Of a DNA stretch of 64,000 bases, positions 42,195 through 55,065 are shown one piece after another (the first letter of the stretch is position 1; each line of letters starts with the position of its first letter). This DNA is from Octopus vulgaris (lineage: Eukaryota), in NCBI GenBank assembly GCA_951406725.2, contig OX597815.1:193688001-193752000 (forward strand), given 5' to 3'. The translations under genes were made by a program, and so were the position numbers. The notes below the pieces were generated by a model. That model worked only from the letters and a program-made list of their open reading frames with translations, had not been told where the DNA came from and did not search any database.

Positions 42195-45100
42195 TGGCGT
42201 GCGGTGACTTCCGGCGTTGGGCATGCAATTAATTTCATTGCCCCCCCCCCCCGGCAATTTTTCAGTAAAACATTTTCGTATTCCTACGATTTACATATAA
42301 GAGATTCTGAATATGCAGAATAAACAGGGAATAAAAAATGGCTGTGCAGAGATGATCCTGAAATAAGTGTATTGTTTGTATTATTCTTTGCTCTTCGAAA
42401 CGTCAGTACTTTCCCATCCTCATTCTCCCTTAGAAAAGTCTAAAAATCATAAGTGAAATGTAATAAAGATGAAATTGGATTCTGTCAATATTTTTGCATA
42501 TTCAGAATCTCTGTTAAAGGTAGGAATCCGAAAAAAAATTTTCACATAAATTCGTTTTTCAAAGGGGTGCGATTCTGCATTAGCCCCTATACCTATCGGT
42601 TGAGCTGAATGAAATGATTTAATTAAAAGAACACATTTAGTTACATTATATGGCCATGGTTTTAGATCGTTACGCTCTCGAAGACAAGTCAGGTTCTTTA
42701 TCATGCTACTTGTCAATTCCGGGAAAATTATTGACTGTTCTGAGACTTACTGAACTCCGTACATTAAAGGACTACGTCTCACGCACAAACATTGAAAATA
42801 CACGCATATACATGAATACGCACACAATGAAAGACAGCGAAAATTCAACATTGTAAAAAGCCTCCCAAAACTGTTGTGGCAGAAGTCAACATCTCTGAGA
42901 TTGAAACAAGACACTTATTGAAAGTGAAACAAAACACTTATTTACGGCCGTAAATAGACTACACCCAGCAGCACAGAAAGGGAAATCTATGTAGGTTAGG
43001 TTTCACGAAGAAATCAAAACATTTCTCCTGCGAAACAATACTGATGTAAGAAGGTCGAACCTTACGTTATAACAAACACTTAGTAAAACCTGTAATATAT
43101 GCTCTTTAATATATATTTTTTTTAATGTTTTAAAATGTTACTTAGCTCATTTATAAATTAATTCAATTCTTCGATCTTTCTGGGCAAATATATCTATCAC
43201 GTTTTCATAGAAATCTTCTCTTTTCATCAATTCTTGTAATAAATCTTTTTCAATTGACATTAGTGCTAACCCAGACAGTCTTCTTTCTCCTGTCGCATTT
43301 CTTTGGTATGTTTTAATTCTACTTAATGCAGAAAAGGATCGCTCTACAGAAGCAGTGGTAGACGGAATTGTCAAAATCAACTTGCACAGATTGAAGAGTT
43401 CTGGCATAGCTTCAACAAGATCAGTGCTGTTAATGTAACTCATTAAATGACTTACACTTGGTTTTTTAAAATCTTTCATTGAATACATCACATTGAGCTC
43501 ACTTTGTAATCGTATTACATCAAAAAATCTGCCATAAGTTGTTCTTAAAGAATCTAAAGAGTCCACAGGAAATTGTTTGCAATACTCATCAACTTTGTTG
43601 AAATTCAAAAGTTCCATGAATTTAAACTCTTCTAAGGATGAATATCGTGCTTTTATTTGGTCAACTATTGTACTTATAATTTTGTTATAAAGCGTTCTAT
43701 AATGTCGTTGGGGATCAATAGATATATTCTTGGATCTCTGAATTCCGATTCCTGCATCGACTCCATATTTTTCCCCTAACCTATCATAAAAGACTGAAAA
43801 ATTATCAAGTTTGTTTTCGAGTACAGTTCTAGTTTTATCTATTTGCTGTTTACAATACACTATGTCATGACTTTTACTCTGGAGTATGTTAAATAAGACG
43901 TCAGTAAAAGAAAAAATGTCACTGAATACCTCTAACAAAAATAAGAAATCAGGAGCTTTTAAAGTGTGTAAGAATCCAATTGCTGAATTTATGGTGATAT
44001 CATCCCATGCTTCAGGATTTTCAATGATGTGTTCAAAAAGGCTGATTATGAAATTATAATTTTCCTTTGTGGTAATAATAAGACGTGAGGAGTAATTCCA
44101 TCTAGTTGCTGTTGCTTTCGGAAATCTTTTTTTAACAATATTATCTAATGCATTAGTCCTTTTCGGTGATTTCGTAAAAAATGTACCGAGTCCGTTTATT
44201 GTAGAAAAAAATATCTTGCATTCTTTCATAGCAGAGCATGATTGTGAAAGAACTAAATTTAGGATATGGGCACAACAATGAATAAAGATCGCACATTCAT
44301 ATTTCTTTCTTACTTTTGCCTGTAACCCATTTAGTTGTCCTGCCATTGTAGCGGCACCATCATATGTCTGCGCAATCAATTTGTTTCCACATTCCCACGT
44401 CTCAATGCATTTAAAAACATGTTCAGATAAAGCATTTGCAGATCGATCTGCACTAACATCACTAAAACCGATAAATCGTTCTTTCGTCACACAGTCTTCT
44501 GTAACATAACGTAAAACTGTTGACAGTTGTGAAGATGCTGAGACATCAGATGTCTCATCAACAAGAATAGAAACAAACTTAGCTTGGTCAATTTCCTTCT
44601 GCATCTCATTCAACATAACTTTATGAATTGCTTCGATCAAGTCATTTTGAATTCTGTTCGACAGACCAGTGAAGATAGAAGCTGTATCTAAATGACTTTC
44701 CATTTGTTTGTCATACTTACTGATCAAATAAACGAGTTCTTTATAATTTCCCCGATTATTAGAGCCTTCAGATTCAAAATGACCCCGAAACGATAATTCC
44801 TGGAGGCCTAAAAAAATAACAACATCGATCAATCGTTGCAGAATGGATCTGTTTCGTCGAACTTTCTCATTATGCTGTTGTATGCTTTGATTTTTACGTG
44901 CATCTAATTGTAAGTCTATGCGAACATTCCCGAATATTTTAAGGTCTATCAAACATTTTATATGCCTTTGAGAACGCTCGTGCTTTAGCATAGCCATATG
45001 TAAATTATTTAAATCATCATAGCCTTTATCATTCCAAACATTTTTTTCTAAGCCAAAAAGTAAACACGGCCAACAGAATAATTTATTAAGAGCAACACTT

Positions 45101-45983
45101 CCAGTTAACCATTTCTTCTTTTCATACGAATTAACCTGAAATTGTCTCGTGAATTTCTTGTTGTAGCTTCGCAAATTAGGTAAATTCGGTGTTGGTCTCC
45201 CGCGATTTATAATTAATTTTTTCCCATCGAAGTCCCTTTTAGAAAAACTAGTTCTCAAAATATCGTTTATAGCACACATTTCACTCATTTTGAAAAAGGC
45301 TGCTCTTATTTAAGGACCCACGTGGAAGCGCCGGCGTAAATTTTAAGTCAATTTCAACAAAACGGAAAAATACCCTTTGTTAAATTAATTTAAGATTAAT
45401 TAGCTATTTCTGAAATAAGAAATATAATGTAGATATTTTTGCTTTCAAAACTTTCTAAAAATATGATAGTGCAAACGGATGTTTTGGATAAAAAATTTCA
45501 AACTTACATGCGAAGGCTATTCCAACATTTCAGCTGGCTAAAACAAGAATTATGGGACGGCTCTTGTTCCGGTCAAAATAGCCAGAGAGGCGTGAAATGC
45601 GATTTTAGCACAGCATGACACGCCAAACTGAATTTGTCGAATCGCTGAGAGAGAAGGGGGTGACCATTCCTCGTAGTATATCTTTTAAACAAAGAAAGAG
45701 GAAGAAGGGACAAACTATCAAAGACAGAGAGAAGGGACTCATGCTGTCTTCCCAACGCATGAGAAGCGATAAATTTATCGAGTCACTAAGATAGAGAGAG
45801 AGAGAGGAAGGAAGGACAAACTAATACAGACAGAGAGGGAGTGTGTATCATGCGATCTTCTAAAAGCATTTATCAAAGCAGATGTACGAAGTGGAGACAA
45901 TATTTCTAAAACAACTGGACGTATTTTCTTTGAAACAAAGAAGGCATGCAGCGCATACCTTGCATTGCTGAGAGTGCACGCCC

Positions 45984-45986
<3 letters not shown>
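42192..45986 (-). mobile_element. Full-length hAT DNA transposon (Tip100/ZMYM1-like group)
   Basis: TIRs CAGTGGCGTGC (42192) and GCACGCCCCTG (ends 45986), 10/11 match; flanks ATATATAT are compatible with an 8-bp TSD; single transposase ORF. Confidence 0.92.
43147..45288 (-). CDS. hAT transposase, 713 aa, uninterrupted
   Basis: TTF-type Zn finger (WL..LFCWPCLLF..H..S..H), FRGH..NRGNY, catalytic DETSD, YDGA, HCCAH, TRW and C-terminal dimerisation motif PSTTASVERSFSALSRIKT. Confidence 0.95.
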   Translation of the reverse strand: MSEMCAINDILRTSFSKRDFDGKKLIINRGRPTPNLPNLRSYNKKFTRQFQVNSYEKKKWLTGSVALNKLFCWPCLLFGLEKNVWNDKGYDDLNNLHMAMLKHERSQRHIKCLIDLKIFGNVRIDLQLDARKNQSIQQHNEKVRRNRSILQRLIDVVIFLGLQELSFRGHFESEGSNNRGNYKELVYLISKYDKQMESHLDTASIFTGLSNRIQNDLIEAIHKVMLNEMQKEIDQAKFVSILVDETSDVSASSQLSTVLRYVTEDCVTKERFIGFSDVSADRSANALSEHVFKCIETWECGNKLIAQTYDGAATMAGQLNGLQAKVRKKYECAIFIHCCAHILNLVLSQSCSAMKECKIFFSTINGLGTFFTKSPKRTNALDNIVKKRFPKATATRWNYSSRLIITTKENYNFIISLFEHIIENPEAWDDITINSAIGFLHTLKAPDFLFLLEVFSDIFSFTDVLFNILQSKSHDIVYCKQQIDKTRTVLENKLDNFSVFYDRLGEKYGVDAGIGIQRSKNISIDPQRHYRTLYNKIISTIVDQIKARYSSLEEFKFMELLNFNKVDEYCKQFPVDSLDSLRTTYGRFFDVIRLQSELNVMYSMKDFKKPSVSHLMSYINSTDLVEAMPELFNLCKLILTIPSTTASVERSFSALSRIKTYQRNATGERRLSGLALMSIEKDLLQELMKREDFYENVIDIFAQKDRRIELIYK

Positions 45987-46060
<74 letters not shown>

Positions 46061-46082
46061 CATATATGTATGTACATACATA

Positions 46083-46154
<72 letters not shown>

Positions 46155-46159
46155 GAAGA

Positions 46160-46660
46160 AAAAGAGGTCTTCACTGGTACATTCCACCAGTACTCCTTTT
46201 TATTATGAGTGGCTAAGGCTTCCACCATATTGTGGGTTCTTATTTCTTTGTCTTCGGGATTATCCTTCCGACGGATTGTTGCATTTTTCCTTATAGAGTG
46301 TCCTCGCTACAACATCATGTCACATCAGTAGGTATTACCGTGATGACATTTTCGGACAACTGCTTATGATGTGGGTGATATCTTCAGTGTGAATTCCACA
46401 AAGTATGCATCGGTTGTCACATTTTACGGCTTTTCCTACTTCTCTATTCCTTTTGTGCATCGGGTACTTGGTTGATATTTCCTGTTCCTGGATTGCAAAT
46501 GCATACCCTTCAAAGTGGAATGTAGTAATCTGGCTATTCTTCCATGATAAACTGCTTTGATGATTGATGTTACTATCATCTCTCGGAGCTTTCTACTAAC
46601 ATATCCATGCATAGTCTTCTGTTCATATGGGCTCATACTTTCATTTGATTCATCATATTG
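46160..46660 (-). mobile_element. R4/Dong-like LINE remnant
   Basis: EGYAFAIQEQEIST..C..CGIHTEDITHIISSC..HDVVA with stops. Confidence 0.65.
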
Positions 46661-47023
46661 AAACACGCACACACGCGGAGACAGAGGTACACACACAAAT
46701 ACATATGCACATACACACATGCTCACATACATACAAACACAAACATGTACACAAGAACAGATGACTATGCAAAATACATACATACAAACGTACACACACG
46801 CATACATATGTATAAAATGCGGATATCAAGTCGATCCAGTGTGCCTCCATGTTGGTTTTTTGCTTCTTGGTAGAACATGGAATTCTGACGTTTGTCGTTA
46901 TATTGTCTCAAATGAAGATACCTATGTATGTGCGTATGTATGCATATATATCTATCTATCTATATATATATATATATATATATAGACATATATATATGTA
47001 TATATACACATATATGTACATAT

Positions 47024-47086
<63 letters not shown>

Positions 47087-47160
47087 AATGTGACCGCGTG
47101 TGTACCGTTGGCGATTTTTTTTCTTCCATCTTCCCTTCTTTGGATCTTTCCTTTTCCTAT

Positions 47161-47195
47161 ATTACTGACGAAGAGCTCCGCTCGAAACGTTAAAT
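47161..47195 (+). ncRNA. Minimal hammerhead motif in a (TA)n-flanked repeat (about 47085-47295)
   Basis: atta CTGACGA A GAGC-tcc-GCTC GAAA CGTT aaat; core intact, closing stem I pair mismatched. Confidence 0.55.
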
Positions 47196-47419
47196 CCTCC
47201 TTCTTTCCTTCTTTCCTGTGCGTCCAATAATACTATACTTGTTCCACGTCCCCGTGTTGTTGTGTTTTCTCTGTTTTCATGTTTGGATTAACTATATATA
47301 TATATATATATATCTAATGTAGGATAAAAATTTTTTCGAAAAAAATTTTATCAATGGCCAGCATATTAAAAAATACCTTGTTTTCATTCATAAATATTTT
47401 GGTTAATATTTGGTTTTTG

Positions 47420-47995
47420 TGAAGGCGCATGTCTCAGTGGTTAGAGCGTCGATAAGGCGAGCGAGTTGGCAGATACGTTTGCACGCCGGATGAAATGTTA
47501 AGCGGTATTTCGTCTGCCGCTACGTTCTCAGTTCAAATTCCGCCGAGGTCGACTTTGCCTTTCATCCTTTCGGGGTCGATAAATTAAGGACCAGTTACGC
47601 ACTGAGGTCGATATAATCGACTTAATCCGTCTGTCTGTCCTTGTTTGTCTCCTCTGTGTTTAGCCCCTTGTGAAATAGGTTAGAGTGTCGAGCTTACGAT
47701 CGTGAAGTTGTGAGTTCGAATCCCAGACCGGGCTGCGTGTTGTGTTCTTGAACAAGACACTTTATTTCACGTTGCTCCAGTTCGCTCAGCTGTAGAAATG
47801 AGCTGCGAAGTCACAGGTGCCAAGCTGTATCGGCCCTTTTGCCTTTCCATTGGATAACACTGGTGGCGTGGAGAGGGGAGGCCGGTATGCATGGGCGACT
47901 GCTGGTCTTCCATAAACAACCTTGCCCGGACTAGTGCCTGGGAGGGTAACTTTCATGGTGCAATCCCACGATCAGTCATGACCGAAGGGGGTCTC
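47420..47995 (+). mobile_element. tRNA/CORE-type SINE with nested SINE family B
   Basis: Head split at about 47452 and resumes at about 47678 with duplicated ggttagag(c/t)gtcga. Confidence 0.8.
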
Positions 47996-48314
47996 AATAT
48001 TTGGTTTAATATTTCTTCTAACCGTAGAGTTCACAACAAACATACAAATGATTTTATTTTCAATGTGTGTAGTGAACTTTAGCATTTCTGATTCGACTTC
48101 AAAGCAAGATCTGAAAGCAATATTTGGAACGCTACAAACCTTCCTTCCAGGCACTGTTGTAAACAGCGAAGACGAAGATGAAGACAGGTGGTGTAGACAA
48201 CAAACAGATGTATTAGTATAACGCTCGGGAAGTGAAAAAGTTTTTAATGTTTCGAGCCTACGCTCTTCCACAGAAAGTAACACAGAAAGAAACGAGGAGA
48301 GAAAATAAAGAGAA

Positions 48315-48355
<41 letters not shown>

Positions 48356-48361
48356 GTGTGC

Positions 48362-48397
<36 letters not shown>

Positions 48398-48400
48398 ATA

Positions 48401-48463
<63 letters not shown>

Positions 48464-50091
48464 CCTTTAAGTCTGTTTAAATGAAACGTTTTTACTGTGC
48501 TAATAAAAACTTGACTGGAATTTACTAAATGCTTAACCAACTACGCAGTTACAGAACTATTAAAATCTGTTAAAACTGAGAATCAACTGCAGCGATTTCT
48601 CTAATCAATATAGGTCATGTACAATGTAATGCGCTCATTTCTTACTTGTCTGATAAGTCCATTATAAAACAGAAACCATATGTGCTTAAAGTGAGTGCAA
48701 TTTTCAGAAGAAAAAAAATTAGATAAAATATCATTACTCCTGAACATGTAGCTATCGTCTATGCGTCAGCCATGCATAAACTAGTTTATACAAGAATGAA
48801 ACTTTTTTGTCAAGATTAAATTCCTCTCTGACGTCTGTGAAGAAACTTGAGACGTCAGTAATATAAATTTGCAGCAAAATATGCATTTCACATCAATAGA
48901 TATATTGTCACGTATTAAGCAAGTAGCCTCGCTAATTTCGCTGGATCTTATCATTTTACTTTTCGCTGGATAACTCCCTTCACACAGCAGCTACTCATCA
49001 CAAATTGGAAGTCTGTAAATATATATCATTGACTTTTCGTCTCTTAGATTCCAGACGTGGCTGGCCATTGGTATCACGTATCTTCTTTCCGGAACTCTGA
49101 AAGAGGACCTGTGGTTGCAGAGACGTTGCTTCAAAGAGTTCCCGGATCATCCAATGTATCTCTGTGGATGTGTGTTGCCGGTGCTGTGCCTGCTGTTGTT
49201 GTTGGTGTTGTTGTTGCTGCTTTTGTTTTGTGTGTTCGTTTGTTTGTTGAGCGAAGCGGTCTTCGTCCCAGAGCGGGAGAAGTCCGAAACGTGATCCTTT
49301 GCTATTCGTAAGACCCGCAGAAGAGGAAGCAGGTCAACCCCCCGACACCGAGAGCATCGACGGATGGATGAATGTGCATCCAGGCTCAGCGGATGCGTAG
49401 GACGTCGGGGATAAGAATCAGGAAGAAAGAGTGAGAGCAAGTTGGAGCGAAAGAGTACAACAGGGGTCGCCACCACCCCCTGCCGGAGCCTCGTGGAGCT
49501 TTAGGTGTTTTTGCTCAATAAACACACACAACGCCCGGTCTGGGAATCGAAACCGCGATCCTCCGATCGCGAGTCCGCTGCCCTAACCACTGAGCCATTG
49601 CGCCTCCACTGGTGTTGCTGCTGCCACCGACATTGTCGAAATCGAGCCGGTGAGTGTGTTAAACAATAAAACATTAACGCTGTGACTCTCCCCAAAGGCG
49701 GCGAGCTGACAGAATTCTTAGCCCGATGGGCGAAATGCTTAGTAGTATTTCGTCTGTCTTTACGTTCTGAGTTCAAATTCCGCCGAGGTCGACTTTGCCT
49801 TTCAACCTTTTGAAGGTCAAAAAATTAAGTATCAGTTGCTTACTGAGGTCGATCTAATCGACTGCCCACCACCCCCCTCCCCCAAAAATTCGGGCTTTGT
49901 ACCTAGAGTACAAAAGACTCTGCCCAGACACAACAAAATTTGCTTCAACACATGAATTCACATAAAGAATCTTGGAAACCAGATACACAAGAGTTGAAAC
50001 TTGTAAATATTTAGGTGAAATGAAAGCGGATCGGGGAAAAGTGACGCATGATATAAGATTAACAAAATTTAGCTGAATCAAAAACTCAATA

Positions 50092-50282
50092 TACTCTTTT
50101 TACTTGTTTCAGTCATTTGACTGCGGCCATGCTGGAGCACCGCCTTTAGTCGAGCAAATCGACCCCGGGACTTATTCATTTGTAAGCCCAGTACTTATTC
50201 TATCGGTCTCTCTTTTGCCGAACCGCTAAGTGACGGGGACGTAAACACACCAGCATCGGTTGTCAAGCAATGACACACACAG

Positions 50283-50313
<31 letters not shown>

Positions 50314-50487
50314 CATATATACGACAGGCTTCTTTCAGTTTCCGTCTACCAAATCCACTCACAAGGCATTGGTCGGCCCGGGGCTATAGCAGAAGACACT
50401 TGCCCAAGATGCCACGCAGTGGGACTGAACCCGGAACCATGTGGTTGGTTAGCAAGCTACTTACCAAACAGCCACTCCTGCGCCTAT
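50092..50487 (-). mobile_element. tRNA-derived SINE, family A
   Basis: Match to other family A copies. Confidence 0.85.
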
Positions 50488-50692
50488 GATACGTAGAATA
50501 TTCTCTGTAACTTCTTTACAGTCTGATGGAGTGGCTCTCTTCACGATACATTTACGCACCATGCAGTTCACGTGAAGAAATTACTGAAACTAGTTATTAC
50601 TAGGAAATTTTGTAGCCTTATTTTCATACGTTCTTAACTTTATTTTAAAATTTTATTGAAAAATTTTGACCTCATTTTAACCTTATTTTTAA

Positions 50693-50995
50693 CTAGCAGT
50701 ATCGCCCGGCGTTGCTCGGGTTTGTAAGGGAAATAACTATATAAGCATTTTAGAGAGTTACTTCCCTTATATAAACCGAGCAAAAAATGCATTAAAAATG
50801 TGGAAAAATGATGGTATATTTTTTTTAAATCGTAGACTCAGCGTAGACGCGCGCTAATACCCAGAAGGGCTCGATAGGAATCACGACTATAAGATACCCG
50901 CTTTTGGTTAAACTGTACCGCAAAATGTGGGAGTAGTTAGGAATCTAAATTGGAGTAGACAGACTCTCACACAACTTCAGTTTTATATATAAAGA
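50693..50995 (-). mobile_element. Non-autonomous Helitron
   Basis: Same family as 10307-10701. Confidence 0.75.
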
Positions 50996-51299
50996 TATAT
51001 GAATATTAGGGTGTTCACTCTAGTTCTGATAACTTTATGATATACTAATATTATCAAAACATTTTTAAAAATAATAACTATTGTAGAAATTTATTATAGT
51101 ACAATATGATATAATGCTTTATGTTTATTGGTAAAAGATTGGTCTTCTGCACGGAATTTTTCCAGCATTGAAAAACTGCGTTCTACAGCAGCTCATGTCG
51201 CTTTGCATTGTATCAGATCCGCATATTCTGCGGGTGAAACTTTAGGGTTCATTAGTTGAATTATCGAATTGATTCGGGGTATTTTTAAATCTAAAATGA

Positions 51300-52370
51300 G
51301 TCATTGCTAAGAAAGTTGGATATTTTGAGGGGCATCCCGCAGGATCTAAGATGAAGAACGTTTGTGTCGGCTTATGCGAACGACGTCACCGTAACAGTGT
51401 CGGACAACTCGGAAATTGAGGTGATCGGCACTACATTGGGAGAGTACGAAGTGGTGACAGGAGTAAAGATTAATCAGGACAACACGGTGGGCCAGCAGCT
51501 AGGCACCTGGAGAGGCAGGTCCATGCCAACCGACAGCGTTGTAGGGCGCTGGACGAAAGAACCGGTTAAATTGCTCGGGATCTAGTTTGGTCCGGACCTC
51601 CAAGTGAACAAGCACTTGGGAAGGTGATGAGTAGGGTAGCCAGTCTCAGCAAGAAATGGCCAGAAAGGAAGCTGTCTCTGAAGGATCGGACGGAGGTGAA
51701 GAACGCGTACATTGCTTCCGTCATCTACTACTGTCTGACCATCTTCCCTTATCCTGCTTCGTGGCTGATCATGCTGGAGCGCTTGCTCTCCCGATTTCTA
51801 TGGAAGGGACATATTCCGTTCGTCAGACAGTCCATCTGCTGTCAATAGCCACTGAGTGGAGGACTGGATATGCCATGGTTAATGATGCGCAGACACGCGC
51901 TGAGGCTGTGACATCTCCAGCGGTTTCTTAACGGTGAGTAGATGTGGTCACCGTTTGTCATACAGGATTTTTCGCAGCTCGTCTCATTGACAGAGATACA
52001 GTCTTGGATCAAACGTAGACCAAGAAAGGGCACTTGGCACCTGGAGTGTCGGCAATCGCTCATAGCTTTCTACTTGTCGGGCAACACGGTCGGTGGAAGT
52101 TCTACTATGGAGTTCTATAAGGGACTAGTGGTGGAAAAGAGCAACGTAGTCGCCAGGGAAATCTTGGGTGTCAAGAAGGATCGATTAGCTAGTCTTTTCC
52201 GGGAGACTTTCGGGTTGAGACCTATGGATAACTTCCAGAAATCGTGATATCGGGGAGATCTTTCGGTTCGAGACAAGCTCTACAGACACGGAAGTGCTGT
52301 CATACAGACCAGTCCGAGGTGTGCTCAGAGCGACGAAACAGTTCTGCATGCACTTGTCCAGTGTTTGTCT
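51300..52370 (+). mobile_element. Degenerate L1/Tx1-like RT and C-terminal region
   Basis: VSAYANDVT, KIN, VKLLGI, RKLSLK.R, RFLWKG and GGL.MP motifs with stops and frameshifts. Confidence 0.8.
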
Positions 52371-52631
52371 TCGTTCGGTTTCCACTGTCCTGTTTTTGTT
52401 CCCAAATTTGACCCTTCAAAAATCTCCAATTTTTTTTTTTTGTACTTCATGGAGCAACTGTCTTCAAAGACTCATATTGTCGTTCAATGCTCGAAACGAG
52501 AAGGAGATAGACATCCGACAACTGATGAAAGGTCGTTCTTTATGTTACTTGTCCTATTTTTCATTTGTTTCTCTCATTGTTTTCGTATTTCATGTTGTTT
52601 ACTCTTGGTGACGTCCTGTAGCCATATGTGC

Positions 52632-52684
<53 letters not shown>

Positions 52685-52707
52685 TGTATGTATGTATGTA
52701 TGTATAC

Positions 52708-52745
<38 letters not shown>

Positions 52746-52769
52746 GTATGTATACATATATATATATAC

Positions 52770-52831
<62 letters not shown>

Positions 52832-52856
52832 ATATGCATAATATACATACATATAT

Positions 52857-52899
<43 letters not shown>

Positions 52900-52970
52900 C
52901 ATATATATATATATGTATATGCATATATATATATATGCATATATATATATGGATATACATATATATATGC

Positions 52971-53019
<49 letters not shown>

Positions 53020-53377
53020 CGGGCTCCTGTCCGTCTACCATGTATACTCACGAGGTTTTCGTTGACCTGAGGCTATAATAGAAGACACTCGCCCAAGGTG
53101 CCACACAGTGGGACTGAACTCGGAACTACGTAGTTGGGAAGCAGGCTTCTTACCATACGGCCACGCCTGCGCCTATGTATCTCAAGAGACATGTTGTTTG
53201 TAGAAACGCAATTAGTGATACATTAAATGCTTATAATTAAATTGTTGTTATTATTATATGTATCCCACATTTTGTCAGTGCAGCTCGAATCAACGCCGAA
53301 AAACCGGTTCCGGCATAATAGAACCGAGTTTTATTTGCCTACTCAAAATGTTTTCCATGAACAAATTTAAAATATGC

Positions 53378-53434
<57 letters not shown>

Positions 53435-53977
53435 GATAATTTCCACGAATATTAATCGCATGAAATAACCTGTTGGTCAAGTCTTGCACCTGAATAGATA
53501 GAGTGCGCATAAATCGAAAACTTTCTTCCAATAAAATAAAAGCATATATCTAGTGATGTTACCGTGGCAAAGTTATATAAGTCGCTGTAAAAAGTTTAGA
53601 AAACCAAATAAATTATTTTACCTTTGAGTCAAAAGTTGCTCTGCTTATTTTTCGGGATTTCCTTACTTAACTCTCCTATTGCTGACGTATTACAAGCAAG
53701 CAACCAGAATTTACGGACATTGAAGATATAGGTATGTAATCTCTCTGTATATAAAGCTGACGTTGTCTGTGTATGACAGGTTAGGTAGCCTTCAACTAAC
53801 ACTATCTCCTCCGAGACTCTGCGGCGCAAGTTGACCAAAATTGAGAGTATGATAGAAGAAGGCTTGCTCTTCCTTCCGTAGAAGAAAAAAAATTCAAATC
53901 GGACCATGTTAACACCAAAAATTATTTACATCAAAAAGGTGCTTTTTTTCTTGACTCCAGGCAAGCATATAATATAC

Positions 53978-54035
<58 letters not shown>

Positions 54036-54250
54036 GCGTGCGTGTGGGTGGGTGTGCGTGCGTGTGTGTGTGTGTGTTACTTGTTTTAGTTCCTAGAGGC
54101 ATTTATAGCCGAATGAATAGACATCAGTACTTACATTTTCTTAAGCCGAAACGCTAGGTTATAGGGACGTAAACACACTAACACCGGTTGACAGGCGGTA
54201 CCGGGGACAAACACAGACACAAAGACACACACACATAGATATAGGTATAT

Positions 54251-54332
<82 letters not shown>

Positions 54333-54334
<2 letters not shown>

Positions 54335-54555
54335 CCATGTTGATCACCATGTTGATTCGCTAGCTTCTGCACGCATTTTTTTCTCTCCTTGTTTCTCTCC
54401 GTGTTTCTTTTCTGTGTATCTTTCTGTTGAAGAGCGTAGGCTCGAAACGTAAAAGACTTGTTGTTTTTTTTATATTCCTGAGCGCCATACTAATACAATT
54501 GTTTGTTTGTATTCCACCTGCCTTCGTCTTTTGTTTATTTTCATAAAGCTTCCCG

Positions 54556-54627
<72 letters not shown>

Positions 54628-54802
54628 ACGCCATGATAGATCGTTAGCCACTACACACATTTTTTTTCTCTCCCTTTCTGTAGAAGAGCGTAGGCTCGAA
54701 ACGCAAAAGACTTTTTCTATTCCTGAGCGTTATACTAATACGTCTGTTTGTTTTGTACACCACCTGTCTTCGTGTTTTTTGTTTTTTTCGTAAACTCTCC
54801 CT
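54333..54802 (+). mobile_element. Two tandem Penelope-type terminal repeats with variant hammerhead motifs
   Basis: Units about 54333-54558 and 54628-54802 separated by (TA)n; each has cttt CTGTNGA A GAGC-gtag-GCTC GAAA CGYA aaaga; a third copy is inverted at about 48165-48315. Confidence 0.65.
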
Positions 54803-55065
54803 ATATATATATATGCATATGTATGTGTGTGATAAAGGAAATAAAGATATAAAAAATACATTTCTATCAACAAACATTCCAAAACTAACCTTATATTTCT
54901 CTCTCACTCTCTCTCTCCTTCTCTCTTTCTCTCTGCTATCATCCCTTTTTATCAAAAGACATCTGTCTTACACCTCATTAGCACCCCACCCCCACACACA
55001 CACACAACCACACACGCACACACACTCACCTAAACTCATCTTTAATGTATAAAATTACTAAGGCT

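Noticed and set aside
43147-45288. Host ZMYM1-like zinc-finger gene
   Set aside because: Intronless, bounded by TIRs and retains catalytic residues; better explained as a transposase.
49048-49311. Possible transmembrane exon on + or Gln-rich exon on -
   Set aside because: The hydrophobic or Gln tract comes from a GTT microsatellite, the ORF runs into a SINE, and it shows no similarity to the CD225 exons.
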